From the human T2T-CHM13v2.0 reference genome, Homo sapiens: DNA of 64,000 nt. The stretch lies in assembly GCF_009914755.1 (NCBI RefSeq), contig NC_060932.1; one strand, written 5' to 3'. Under the pieces are notes generated by a model. The model had not been told where the DNA came from. It saw only the letters and a list, made by a program, of their open reading frames with translations, and did no database searches. Position numbers and translations under genes: made by a program. Of this stretch, positions 14,366-27,900 are shown in pieces. Within the stretch, counting starts at the first letter, position 1; every line of letters begins with the position of its first letter.

Positions 14366-15639
14366 TGGACCTGACATTTCAATATTAGCAATGAAATCCA
14401 TATCCACTTTAGGCTTAACTCCTATTTTCAAGGGAATAGTGTTGTAAGTATCCCCTTTATCCTACAAAATATTGTGCACACTTGGGATATGGCATAAAGG
14501 AAACAGTAATCAAACCTTGTCTTAATGCACAAATATGACTAGTAGTTAACAAAGACACATATTACTTCGATGTTTCCTCCTGAATTTAAAATAATTCTCC
14601 TCTTATTTAGAAGAAATGTTCTAAACCAAGTTCTAATTTTCCATCAATAACAAATACTTGATTGTTTACTCTGAGAATCCAGAATGTAGGTGCCCTAAAC
14701 ACTTGGGAAGAAAAAGAGCAGAGAAAAACTCAACAATTTCAAGTGGAAACTGCTATTAGCAGCAGCAATACACAATCTAAAAAGTTGAAGATAATATAGA
14801 ACAAAATAAAAAGGTAATCTGTATTTACAGGTTGGACACAGCCCAATAAAATCAGTATTCACAGACTCTCTCAGAGGGAACTTTATACTACAGAGGCTGT
14901 ATCTTATACTCAAAAAAGCAATTTAAGTTAAGTATTTTGTGAGTGATGATCTCAAGTTTCCAGAGGGGCTGATTTCATTAAAGAAAGATATTTTCAAGTG
15001 TCTTTTTTTAATGGCTGCTCAAATCTAATAAACATGGTGGTTTCTGGAAAGAATTCAGAAATGTTCTCCAACTCTTAATCTGTTTTTCTAAAACACATGT
15101 TGTTTAAAGAAGTAAGGTAATTCTGAAAATTGTGTAGTAATTTCTTAGAAGATTATAAGTGAAGCACAGATGGTAGGTAATACGTTGCTTTACAAGACAT
15201 ATTTTTATGTGCAGGATGATATTACCAAGAACCCTGTACTGTGCCATTTTTCTCTAACAATAAGTGAAACAGTGCCATAATCAGTACATGTGGGAAAAAT
15301 AAGAAAAATCAAATAAAAGCTTAGATATAATACTTTGCTTGAATACATTAATAAAAATTTCATATATTAACTGTATATTAATCCTACTTACTAACTGAGA
15401 CTAGTCCAAATAGAATACATAAGATGGTGTTTATAATCCAATATTTTTTGCCACCTCAAATTTTCAGGCTCCATCATTCATCCATTTATTCATTCATTTA
15501 TTCAACGATTATTCGCCAGCTTCTACTAATTAACAGACACTATGCTGGGATGTAAAGATGGATAATAATATAACTCTATCTTTAACAATTCTGAATAATA
15601 TCTGTAATAAAATGAATAATGGTTTAAAGTGCATCTTAT

Positions 15640-15850
15640 TGGTTTATTTTTAATTGACAAATAATAATTGTGTATATTTACAGAGTACAATGTGATTTTC
15701 TGTCTGTATATATCATAAGAAGAATCAATCAAGCTAATGAACACATCCATCGCCTCATCAACTTATTTTTTTCATAATGAGGACATTAAACATTTGTTAT
15801 TTTAGCCATTTTGAAATATTTTATACACTATTATTAACTATGGTCACCAA
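15640..15850 (-). mobile_element. L1MA-type 3' end fragment
   Basis: aattgacaaataataattgtgtatatttacagagtacaatgtgatttt...aatcaagctaatgaacacatccatcgcctca. Confidence 0.75.
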
Positions 15851-15907
15851 CATTTACTTCTAACAGTATAGGTGGTACCATTTTCCTTTTGAAATAAAGC
15901 AAATTCA

Positions 15908-16213
15908 GGCCTGGTGAGGTGGCTCATACCTGTAATCCCAGCACTTTCGGAGGCGAGATGGGCAGATTCCTTGAGGCCAAGAGTTCGAAACCAGGCTGGG
16001 AAACATGGCAAAACCCTTTCTCTACTAAAAATACAAAATTAGCCAGGATGACAGGTATGACAGGGATGACATACCTGTCATCCCGGCTACTCAGGGGGCT
16101 GAGGCACTAGAATCACTTGAACTCAGGAGGTGGAGGTTGCAGTGAGCTGAGATCGCACCACTGCACTCCAGCCTGGGTGGCAAAGTCAGACACTGCCTAA
16201 AAAAAAAAAAAAA
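15908..16213 (+). mobile_element. Alu (AluS/J) followed by an extra segment and second A-tail inside its TSD
   Basis: Alu dimer; TSD aaagcaaattca at 15896-15907 and 16305-16316. Confidence 0.92.
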
Positions 16214-17009
16214 CAGCTTGCAATAAAGTAGATAGAGCCATTTATTCATTTATCAGTTAAGTGGAACTCTATCTGAAAATAAATAAATAATTAAATAATA
16301 AAAAAAAGCAAATTCAAAATTCAAAATAACTTAGTGCCCTGGGAAAGTTATGATTTTAAATTAAAAATAAATTTCCAGTATATTTATTATAAAAATGTTA
16401 TTCAAACATGAACTTCCATATTTTACTGTTTCACAGCTATATTTTATATCAGATTGGCTAAGATATGATTTTAGCCAAAGGATCAGCTCCCACAAAGCTA
16501 AATACATGTGTCTGACACTCCACATGCATACTCAGGTCTGAAAGAGTAACCCCCAAGAATAATTGGGCAAGGAAGTTTGTTAAAGGCAATACAGTCCTAC
16601 CACCAAAGGCTGCTATTAATGGAAGAAAGAGCAGAGTGCTCTAAGGAAGCAGTGCCAACAGCTAGAATAGAAGCCCTGTAGAAGTGTTCTCCCCAAACTC
16701 AAACGACTTCTGGATAATAACCAAGGAGGTCTCTGGGACCTGAGAACTGCCCTTTGTAGGTACCTGAGAGAAGAAATCAGCCTCAGTCATTATGATTAAC
16801 CATAGAGATGGCCTCTCTGCGTATGGCCCGCTCCAAAAATAATAATGAGTCACCACAGGACTAAGGACTTGATCATTAGAGAAAAGAAATGGCAGCACTT
16901 CCTCCCAAAGGACTCAGCAGTGGTCTGCCAGAGAGGGTCTTGATACAGTCAGGATGGGGGCTGATTCTCAGCCAGACTCTACCCAGCTAATAAACTCTAA
17001 GTACTGTGC

Positions 17010-17260
17010 AGTAGTATCACAAGTGTGCTCTAGAGGCAGACTGTCAGGAATCCAGTTCTCGCTTTCACATTCATTAGTTGCAAGACTTTAGTTAGCCAAG
17101 TTTCTCAACTTCTCTGTGACTTCAGTTTCCTCATCTGTAAAATGAGTATGGCAATAATAACAAATACACCTCAGAGAGTTAAAAATGGAACGAGGTAATA
17201 TGTGTAACATTTAGCACAATGTCTGGCACATTTGCAAAGTGCCGAAAATGTGGCTATTTT
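17010..17260. mobile_element. MIR
   Basis: ctctgtgacttcagtttcctcatctgtaaaatgag...ttagcacaatgtctggcaca. Confidence 0.8.
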
Positions 17261-17659
17261 TGAAGGCAAGGGAGGCAAGTCTAGGAAGAAAACAATTAGA
17301 GAAAGGAAATTCAATGCAACCAAGCATTACAATTCTACCACATACAAATAAACTCAGTAAGCTCAGTTGTGCACAAAGCAAAAATCTAGGCCTGTAAAAA
17401 AGGCAGGGAAAAAATGATGGCTAAATAAATTAAAAAGGTAGTTATAATTATACCTGTGCCTGTTCAAAGTGATTAGAAGGTAAAAGAGAAGGTAAGAAAG
17501 GTAATAAAAGATCACCATTAAGAAAATACAAGGAAAAATGGGGCAGGAACACTTTGAGTACGTTCAGTTAAAACTAATAACAACCATAAAACATTTTCCC
17601 ACTTCCCTTCCCCAAACACCCCATGTTAGGATAGTGTAAGAAGGCACATCCATGTGACT

Positions 17660-17790
17660 ATCAAAGTGTAGACTGGGAGGTAGAACATGTACTGCTTGTA
17701 ATTGCCAAATTTACGTGTGGAACAAGAGATGAACCAGAGAATTATAGGCCAATAAACCTGAATTCAATTTAGAAAAAGAAATGGAAAACA
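17660..17790 (+). mobile_element. CR1/L3 LINE ORF2 relic
   Basis: Translates DW...VIAKFTCGTRDEPENYRPINLNSI, resembling the CR1 motif DWRRANV.PIFKKG..EDPGNYRPVSLTS. Confidence 0.55.
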
Positions 17791-17859
17791 TGTGGGATTG
17801 CTGAGATAGCAATCCTTCAGGAAATTCTACAACTGTACTTCCAAAAGCAAGACCAATGG

Positions 17860-18035
17860 CTCGGCAGCATGAAAAATCACACGAGAGGAGGGGAGATGTT
17901 TTTCAAAATGTAGATTCTGGAGTTCTACTCCGACCTCCTGAAAGAGATTTTCTGGAGAAGAAGCCAAACAATCATCACTTTAGGCAACTTCCTCCTGGTG
18001 ATTCATCTGCACATGGAAGCGTGAGACCTCTGCTC
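17860..18035. mobile_element. MER5A-like hAT element
   Basis: aaaatgtagattctgg...gacctcctgaa...ggtgattcatctgcacatggaagcgtgagacctctgc. Confidence 0.65.
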
Positions 18036-19632
18036 CATGGCACAGGAAAAAAGTGACCGCAGGAGGTGATGAATAATAAATTAAGCATGAATATATCTTT
18101 TCAATTTGGCGCTATTCTGTGATTAGCTACATAATGTGAATTATCTATATTGCTTTTTAAGTCATCTCTTACTTCAAACACACACATTACATGGTCAGAG
18201 TACCCAGTTTGAGGAATCAAGTTGAATTTCAATACCTGGTTATAATTAATTTAAAATAGCTACTGAGTTTTTAATCATTAAAAAAAGTGGGTAAAATTGT
18301 CTAGTTCATTTCTAACATTATATTTATAGTTTACAATTTGTTTTGTAAAAATCCATTTTTTTTTCTTTTTGGAATTCATCTTTTAAGATCACACAGTGGG
18401 AAAAAAAATAGATGACAGATAACCTTCCATGGAAGAAAAGTCACAATGGTCAAAGGAAGAAAGTTGAGGTTATTCAGTAAAGAGCTCAGTCCTTTTTACC
18501 TACACTCTGGAACGACACATGCATCTGTTCCCAATTTGAAGAAAATATATTGCAAACAGATAAGTTCGGTTTTTCATGGCTGAACCCTTCTGCTCAGAAA
18601 GTGAATGCATAAACCCTGGCTTCGTGCTTTTGTTTATTCATGGAAATCAATATGAACTTTAAATAAAAAGGCAAAAAAAAGAAAGTACACTTCATACTCC
18701 AAATTCTTTAATTAATGCTAGCATCGTATCTCTTTATCCTCAATCTGGATCCCATCTGGAAGTAGCAAGATGAAAAGGAAAGGACCATAGGAGATAAAAA
18801 CCCATTTTCCATCACCCACTTCTTCCTAATTTTTAAAGAATACTTCCAACAAAAGCACCACCGCGACATTCCTAAAATACAAAACATAAAAGTGGATAAT
18901 TCCACCTGCCAAATTTGAAACTATCCAGATATTACCCAAAGCCTATTACCACCTCAGAACCTTGAATTGTCACTACTTCATCTAATAAGTCAATTTGAGG
19001 TGATTTAGTATGATGTTATTAGGCTGTCTATAATGTATACTGCAATGATAAGACTTGGGGAAAAAACATTTAGTCAATTGTATCTCAGACAATAGATAAT
19101 AACTTTTCTTATCTGCAAAATCATTCTTCTTTAACCTCCTGTGAGTCTATAAAATTGTTTATAAATGTTAGCTTATGTTAAAAATATCAAAACATGAAGC
19201 ATATTGTCTTATTTCCTATACTAATTTCATGCCTACATCCCATGTCTTTCCAGATTATATAAACAGCAAAAGGTTTAACATTTACTTTTTGTGTGTGCTA
19301 GGTACTAAATAGAAACTAGAATGCATATTCATATTACTTATGCTTATATTTCTTTTCTATAAAAGTAAATATAAATGTCTTTCATGTGGGGAAATGCCAA
19401 GAAACATACACATTAAAAAGGTGAAAGAAATGCAGACCACATGTAAGTGGTATCTCTGGAAAAGAGTGGCCAATATCCCAATAGTATCAACTACCATACT
19501 TGTATATAGAAAATTATAAATGCATTCTATCAGGGGAAACTGTGATAGGAATCCTATTGTCTACTCTTCTATCTCTTAAACTGCAAAATTCATACTTTCT
19601 ATGTTAAATAATTATTAAGCCTAAGTAGTACA

Positions 19633-20100
19633 CAGAAGCCCTCCTTATGCAGTTTCACTTTCTGTGGTTTCAGTTACCCACAATCTAAAAGCATTAAATG
19701 AAAAATTCTAGAATAACCAATTCATACATTTTAAATCGTGCACCTTTCTGAACAGCATGATGAAATCTCACGCCATCCCACTCCATCAGCCCTGGACGTG
19801 AATCCAACGTATTCATACTGATGGCACAACCTGCTCTTGAGTCACTTAGTACCTCTCTCTGTTATCAGATCACCCGTTGTGAGATAACAGTGCTTGCATT
19901 CAAGAAACCCTTATTTTACTTAGTTGTTCTATTTTATTATCAGTTATTGTTGTTAATCTTTCATTGTGCATATTTTATAAGTTAAACTTTACCACAGGTA
20001 TGTACGTACAGAAAAAAATATATATGTAGGGTTTGGTACTATTGCTGGTTTCAGGCATCTACTAGGGAACTTATCCCATGAAGACAAGGGGATACTGCTG
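19633..20100 (+). mobile_element. MER44 (Tigger7-derived) element
   Basis: cagaagccctccttat...ggtttcagttaccc start; ggtttggtactat...tttcaggcatc...aaggggatactgctg end. Confidence 0.8.
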
Positions 20101-22071
20101 AATGGAAGTCCCCAAGTTCTCACTGTCTGAAAGAGAGAGAATCGGAAAGTACAGAAGCCTCCAAGATTGAGGAAAGGCCCTTTTTTTTTAAGAGCCTGAA
20201 GTAAGAGTAACTCTTCCACCAGCTAATGAAATGGCATCAGTCAGAAGGACAAAAATAACCTCAAAGCAATGGTAGATGGAAAATGGAAAAAACAAGAATA
20301 GGAAGACAAAGTTTATAATTTTCTATGCATGTGTTTAGAGGCAGGGAGACACAGGAAGGTGAAAGATTAATGTAAGAGCAGGGATCACTTAAATCTTTAT
20401 TTTTGCCTTATTAATACCTTAAAATTTATCAATCATTTATCTTGTACAAAAAACAGTATCATCCTTTAAACCTAGCTCAATGAAAAATGAGAATTATCTC
20501 TCATAAGGCTCTAATAATTGTAGAACACAGTACAAATATTCTTCATAGCAATGCTAAGTCTTCCAGTGATAACATGCCGGGGGGAAAGAAAGTCCTTTCT
20601 CAGCCTTCTCTCGTTCCCTCAATATACCTCCTCCTCATTTCCTCTTTTTCTGCCTCTCTCCATTTTATAACTGCATAAATCTTACATACAGAACCTAAAA
20701 CAGAAGAACCCCTGAAGTTTAACTGTCTGACCCTCTTCTTCACTCCTTCCTGGAAGCAGGAAAATAGCTATTTTCTTTTAATATCTCTGTGACTTATTTG
20801 CCACAAAGCTTAAAAATAAGATGAACATCTCAAGACATGTAAGAAGCTGATTTATCACTGAAAGCTCTCTTTCAATGTATGCATGAATATGTATGCTATA
20901 CTCTATATTTTCCCTTTAAGAAAATACAGATATATGCAGGAATATGACATTATGTGTATATAGTTAGAAATGTGTTTAATTGTAACTTTACAGATAAATT
21001 TAAACAAACATGCTCTTATTTAATAGTGCCTAGAACTGAGATGACTGAATCATAGCTACTACATAAACACCTTTGCTATTGAGGAAGAAAATGTATTTTT
21101 TTAAAACTGAATTTGTTGAAGTTTGAATTTAGCAGATATTTGGTAATATCCTAATATTCACTTTTGCCCCATTAAAACTGGTCTTCAGGAAATACGTTAA
21201 TGAATATCATACCTCAACATTCAAATGGCTAAAACTTTTTACTGTTTCACAAGGTTATTTTTATCAACAGTGAGAGATAATCCACATAATAAAATAACAT
21301 TTATCAGTCACATATATCAGTGATACTTTCTGAAATCTGACCATTATTATGATGCCAGAATGCCTGCTTTTTGTTCACTCCAGCTCACTTGCTCAGAAAC
21401 CTTCACAAGAACACTGGAAAGTCCCATTTTCTATTCTGCTTTCTGCCATTAACCTTCTATGAAGCTTGTAACAAAATCATACCCACAACCAGGTTCCCAG
21501 ATGCCCTATTTAAAAAACAGATCTACATTATAGTTAAGATCCTAGCATGGAAAATAATTAGGAGGGCAAAGAGCAACATTTTCAGCACTTTGCTGTCACA
21601 TCATCAAATAAAATCAGTGGAAGAAGTTGCCAGAGGGAGGAGAAAATATTTCTCACCTCTTGAGGAAAAACGTGGCATAGAAACCCCAAAATTATTGCTT
21701 AAGGCCAACCTTATGCCTCTCAGCTCTTTGTTTTTCTCAGTCACACTAGTGCAGAACTCTGCCTCATTTAGTCTAATTTGCGTCCCTTGTTATATTATCT
21801 GCGCACAAAATAAAGTCCCTGTTGTACTCCTTCTCCACTGACATTTCACTCTTGCACTCAGGACAAGTGTGTCCAAATAAGTAACAACCCTAAATCACAC
21901 TTTAATCCTAATTTTCCGGAGACACGAAGAGAAAATAACAGAGAAAAGAAGGGGATGAAAAAAAGTAGGAAAATAGGTATGCATATGTGTGTAGGGGAAA
22001 ATTGGAAATGCAGAAGTGGAAGGGGAAACAGTTAAAGTGAGTAAAAGGAGAAAGAGAATAGGATAATAATA

Positions 22072-25000
22072 GAGGGTCCAAGATGGCCGATTAAAAGCAG
22101 CGGCAGTCTGTAACACTCACAGAGAAGAATGAAAGCAAGGGACGAATTCAGCACCTTCAACTGAAATAACCAGGTTCTCGCACTGGCACTGACTAGGCAA
22201 ATAGCTCGACCCATAGAGAATGAAGAAAAGCAGGGAGGGGCAACAGCCTAGCCAGGAGTGGCATGGATCCAAAGGAACTCCCACCCCCAGCCAAGAGAAG
22301 CGGTGAGTGATTGTATGATCCCACTCGGGAAACCACACTTCTCCCACAGATCTTTGCAACCAGTGGATCAGGAGATCCCTTCGTGAGCCCACGCCACCAG
22401 GGCCTTGGGTCTGATACACAGAGCTATGCAGAGTCACAGCAGAGCAGCTGCTCAGGCACACACAGAGACCCAGGAGTTTTGCATACTGTGGTCCTGGGAT
22501 TCCTGGCAAGGAGGGAGATACAAAGCTACATACACCCGGGGGCGGGGCTGAATCCAGGGAGCCAGGCAGCGTCGTTTTAAGGGCCCCACTTCCATAGCAC
22601 CTCACAAGTTAAGACCCACTGGCTTGGAATTCTCTCAAGCCAGCGATGACAGGTTGGGGTCTGCCTGAGAAGGACAAAGTTCCCAGGGAGAGGGATGGCC
22701 ACCATCTCTGTGGTTTGGTCTACACAGCTGTTCCAGCCTGCCAGCTCTGGAGAGTCTAGCCTGTCCAGAAGAAGAGGGGTCCCCCACAATGCAGCACAGC
22801 TGTGCCACCAAAGCAGCCAGACTGCTTCTTTAAGTGGGTCCCTGATCCTGTTCCTCCTGACTGGGCGTGCCCTCCCAACAGGGGTCTCCAGACACCTCCT
22901 ATAGGTGCAGTTTAGGCTGGCAATAGGACAGTACCCCCCTGGGACAGAGCCTTCAGAAGAAGGAGTAGGCTCCCATCTTTGCTGTTTCACAGCCTTCACT
23001 GGTGATTACCTCCAGGTACAGGAAAAACTGAGGCAACTAGGGTCTGGAGCAGACCCCCAGCAAACTGCAGCAGCGCTACAGAAAAGTAGCCTAACCATTA
23101 AAAACAAACAGAAAACAACAACATCAACAAAAAACCCTCACAGAAAACCCCATTCAAAGATCAGGAACCTCAAAGATCCAAGGTAGATAAGCCCACAAAG
23201 ATGAGAAAGAATCAACACGAAAATACTGAAAACTCAAAAAGCCCAGAGTGCTTCTCCTCCAAATGACTCCAGCAAAGGCGCAGAACTGGGCTGAGGCTGA
23301 GATAGCTAAACTGATGGAAGTAGGCTTCAGAAGGTAGGTATTAAGAACTTCATTGAGCTAAAGAGGCAAGTTGTAACCCAATGAAAAGAAACTAAGAATC
23401 ATGATAAAAACAATACAGAAGCTGATAGCCAGAATAGCCAGTTTTGAGAGGAACATAATTGACCTGATGGAGCTGAAAAACACAACATGAGAACTTCACA
23501 ATGCAATCACAAGTATCAACAGCAGAATAGACTAAGTGGGGAAAGGATCTCAGAGCTTGATGGCTATCTCTCAAAGTAAGATAGGCAGACAAGAAGAGAG
23601 AAAAAAGAATGAAAAGGAGTAAACAAAACCTCTGAGAAATATAGGATTATGTAAAGAGACTGAACCTTCGACTGACTGGTATATATAAAAGAGAGGTGGA
23701 GAACTGAACTAAGTTGAAAAACGTACTTCAGGATATCATCCAGGAGAACTTCCTCAACCTAGCAAGACAGGCCAACATTCAAATTCAGGAACTGCAGAGA
23801 ACCCCAGTAAGATACTCTAAAACAAGATCAACCCCAAGACACATAATCATCAGATTCTCCATGGTTGAAATGACAGAAAAAATGTTAAGGGCTGCCAGAG
23901 AGAAAGGCCTAGCCACCTACAAAGGGAAGCCCATCAGACTAACAGCAGGCCTCTTAGTGGAAACCCTACAAGGCAGAAGAGATTGGGGGCCAATATTCAA
24001 CATTCTTAAAGAAAAGAATTTCCAACCCAGAATTTCATATCAAGCCAAACTAAGCTTCATAAGCAAAGGATCAATAAGATTCTTTTCAGACAAGCAAATG
24101 CTGAGGGAATTCATCATCATGAGGCCTGCCTCACAAGAGCTCCTGAAGGAAGCACTAAATATGAAAAGGAAAAGCCATCACCAGCCACTTAAAAAACACC
24201 CTAAAGTATATAGACCAGTGACACTATAAAGCAACCACATAAACAAGTCTGCAAAATAACCAGCTACCATCATAATGACAGGATCAAATTCACACATAAC
24301 AATACTAACCTTAAATGTAAATGGACTACATGCCCCCAATTAAAAAACACAGAATGAAAGGCTGGATAAAGAGCCAAGATCCACTGGCATGCTGTATTCA
24401 ACAGACCCATGTAAAGTGAAAGACACATAGGCTTGAAATAAATGGATGAAGGAAAATTTACCAAACAAATGGAAAACAAAAAAAGCAGGGATTGCAATCT
24501 TGGATTCTGACAAAACAGACTTTAAACCAACAAAGATCAAAAAATACAAAGAAGAGCATTACATGATGGTAAATGGTTCAATTCAAAAAGAAGAGTTAAC
24601 TATCCCAAATATATATGCACCCAATACAGGAGCACTCAGATTCATAAGCCAAGTGTTTAGGGACCTACAAAGAGACTTAGATGCCCACACAGCAATAGTG
24701 GGAGACATTAATACCCCACTGACAATATCAGATCATCAAGACAGAAAATTAACAAAGATATTCGGGACTTGAACTCACCTCTGGATCAAGTGGACCTCAT
24801 AGATATCTACAGAACTCTCCACCCCAAAACAACAGAATATATATTCTTCTCATTGCCACATGGCACTTACTTTAAAATTGATCCTACAATCAGAAGTAAA
24901 ACACTCTTCAGCAAATGCAAAAGAAATGAAGTCACAACAGTCTGTCAGACCACAGTGCAATCAAATTAGAACTCAAGATTAAGAAGTTCACTCAAAACCA

Positions 25001-26509
25001 TACAATTACATGGAAATTGAATAACCTGCTCCTGAATGACTTTGGGGTAAATAACGAAATTAAGGGAGAAATCAAGAAGTTCTTTGAAACTAAACAGAAC
25101 AAGGAGACAATGTACCAGAATCTCTGGGACACAGCTAAAGCAGTGTTAAGGGGGAAATTTATAGCACTAAATGCCCACATCAAAAAGCTAGAAAGATCTC
25201 AAGTTGACCACCTAACATCTCAACTAAAAGAACTAGAGAACCAGAGCAAACAAAACCCAAAGCTAACAGAAGACAAAATATAATCAAGACTAGAGCTGAA
25301 CTAAAGGCGACAGAGACACGAAAAGCCCCTTGAAAAATCAATGAACCCAGGAGGTGTTTTTTTTTTTGAAAAAATTAATAAAATAGACTACTAGGTAGAC
25401 TAAGGAAAAAGAAAAGAGAGAAGAATCAAATAAACAGAATTAGAAATGATAAGGGGGATGTCACCATTGACCCCACAGAAATACAAACAACCATGAGAGA
25501 ATACTATAAACACCTTTATGCACATAAACTAAAATCTAGAAGAAGTGGATAAATTCCTGGATGCATACACACTCCCAAGACTGAACCATGAAGAAATTGC
25601 ATTCCTGAAAGACCAACAGTGAGTTCTGAAACTGAGGCCATAATAAATAGCCTACCAACAACAAAAAGCCCAGCACCAGATAGATTCACAGCTGGATTCT
25701 ACCAGAGATACAAAGAATAACTGGTACCATTTCTGCTGAACTATTCCAAAAAATTGAAAAGGAGGGACACTTTCCTAGCTCATTTTATGACACCAACATC
25801 ATCCTGATACCAAAACTAGGCAGCGATACCACAAAGAAAACTTCAGGCCAATATCCTTGATGAACATGGATGTAAAAATCCTCAGTAAAATATTGGCAAA
25901 CTGAATCCAGCAGCATATAAAAAAGCATATGCACTACAATCAAGTTGGCTTCATCCCTGGGATGCAAGGTTGGTTCAATATATGCAAATCAGTAAATGTG
26001 ATTCATCACCTACACACAACCAAAGACAAAATCCACATGGTTATCTCAATACATGCAGAAAAGACCTTCAATAAAAGTCAAAATCCCTTCATGTTAAAAA
26101 CTCTCAATGAACTAGGTATTGAAGAAATACACTGTAAAATAATAAGAGCCATATATTTCAAACCCACAGCCAGTATCATACTAAATGGGCAAGAGCTGGA
26201 AGCATTCCCCTTGAAAATTGGCACAAGACATGGATACCCTCTTACCATTCCTATTCAACACAGTATTAGAAGTTCTGGCCAGGGCAATCAGGCAAGAGAA
26301 AGGAATAAAGGTATTCAAATAGGAAGAGAGAAAGTCAAACTATCTTTGTTTGCAGATGGCAGGATCCTGTATCTAGAAAACCCCATTGTCTCAACCCAAA
26401 AGCATCTTAAGCTGATAAGCAACTTCAGCAAAGTCTCAGAATACAAAATCAATGTGCAAAAATTGCTAGCATTCCCATATGCCAACAGGCAAGCAGAGAA
26501 CCAAATCAA
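22072..26509 (+). mobile_element. L1PA (older primate, ~PA8-PA11) with 5' UTR, disrupted ORF1 (~23201-24230) and disrupted ORF2 (from 24275), 3'-truncated
   Basis: ccaagatggccga 5' start; ORF1 fragment (QENFLNLARQANIQIQE...PRHIIIRF); endonuclease (NIYAPNTGA, IVGDINTPL) and RT ([22 protein letters not shown]) motifs with stops and frameshifts; homology ends near gcagagaaccaaatca. Confidence 0.95.
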
Positions 26510-27494
26510 GGTCTCACGTTTAAGATATCTGCAACTGCCCCATACTTTCCTGGTGCACTCCATCCAACAATCTCTGAACTACATTAGCAATTTCCAATAA
26601 ACTTTTTATGTTGCTTAAGGTAGTTCAAATTGGCTTTTTGTATCATGAAATGAAGAGTCTTGAATGAAAGTCTTGAATAAAATGCTCATATTCCATCAAA
26701 TATTCAACTATCCTTTTCTGGTTTTATTTGAAAACAAATTTTGTCCTCCTATCATTGTGATAGGAGGAAGCAACCAATCCATTAAAAATTAAGACGGAAA
26801 TAGAGAATGTTAAATAGAAAAACAGACAATAACAAATTTCAATTCTTGTCAGGCTGGTCATGCTATGTCCTCACCATCAATCTTAATTTAATAGCAATAT
26901 ATAAAGATTCTAGAATGAATTATCCTAAAGAAAGTAACTAGTATCTTAATTCTTTTTTAGGTTAATAATTGACAACTGAAAACAAATGAGTCTCCATTTC
27001 CCTTAGTCAGAATAAAAGACATTATGCCTAGTATCACAAAAATTACTTAATACTGCTCTGGAACAACTAGACACTACAATTGTCTAGAATTAATAAGAGA
27101 ACAAAAAACAGAAAAGGAGGCAAAATTAAGTGTGAATGATATAGCCATGTATCAGACCACTCAAGATAATCTATGGAAAGAATACATAAAACCTTATGAT
27201 TATGTTTCATATGATTATATGAAAATATACAAAAATTTATAAATAGATGAAAGTCGCTTGGTAATTATATCAGAAGATCCTATTCTAAACTGCAACATAA
27301 GAAAAATGCAATAACTCCATATCTCAGAAAGCTGCAAAACACTACTGAAGGGAAGAAGCAGAAACTTCAAAATAGTTTTCCCAGAAATGTTTAAATAAAT
27401 CTGTGGACAGAACTGTATTCAGAAATAGACTGAAATATGTGTCAAAATTAGTATATAATAAAGGCAGCATTTAAAGCATTGAAAACATCATAAA

Positions 27495-27900
27495 TGCATT
27501 ACTGGCCACAATTCTTCACTTCACCCTGTATCTATATCCTTACCATGGCCACATCAGAGACACAGTGTATATCCAAGCTCCTTGACTTTAGACCTTGCCA
27601 TGCAGCAAACTTGCATTAGGCAAATCAATGTGTTCAAAGGGACCTTTTGTTAATTATGAGGCTAAGACGTAGGAGGCATCACATGTGAATGTTTGCTCTA
27701 TAATGCTTTTGCCATTATCAAGGGAACATGTTCTATTTTGTCAGTGGTTTCAGGATCATGTCAGATACATGCAGTAGAATTGCCCCAGACAAGCTACATA
27801 AAGCAAGAGGTGCCCAAAGCCACCCATAGTTCCATAGATCAATGGCATTTGTCTTAAGCCATTACATTCTATAGTAGTTAGTTCTCAACGAAACCTGAGC
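27495..27900 (+). mobile_element. MLT1-family (MaLR) LTR relic
   Basis: tggccacaattcttcac...ctccttgacttt...ttgccatg...ttaagccattacatt...gtagttagtt pattern. Confidence 0.55.

Noticed and set aside
23201-26600. Active L1 ORF1/ORF2
   Set aside because: Fragmented frames, RT catalytic FADD reads FADG, and the 3' end is absent.
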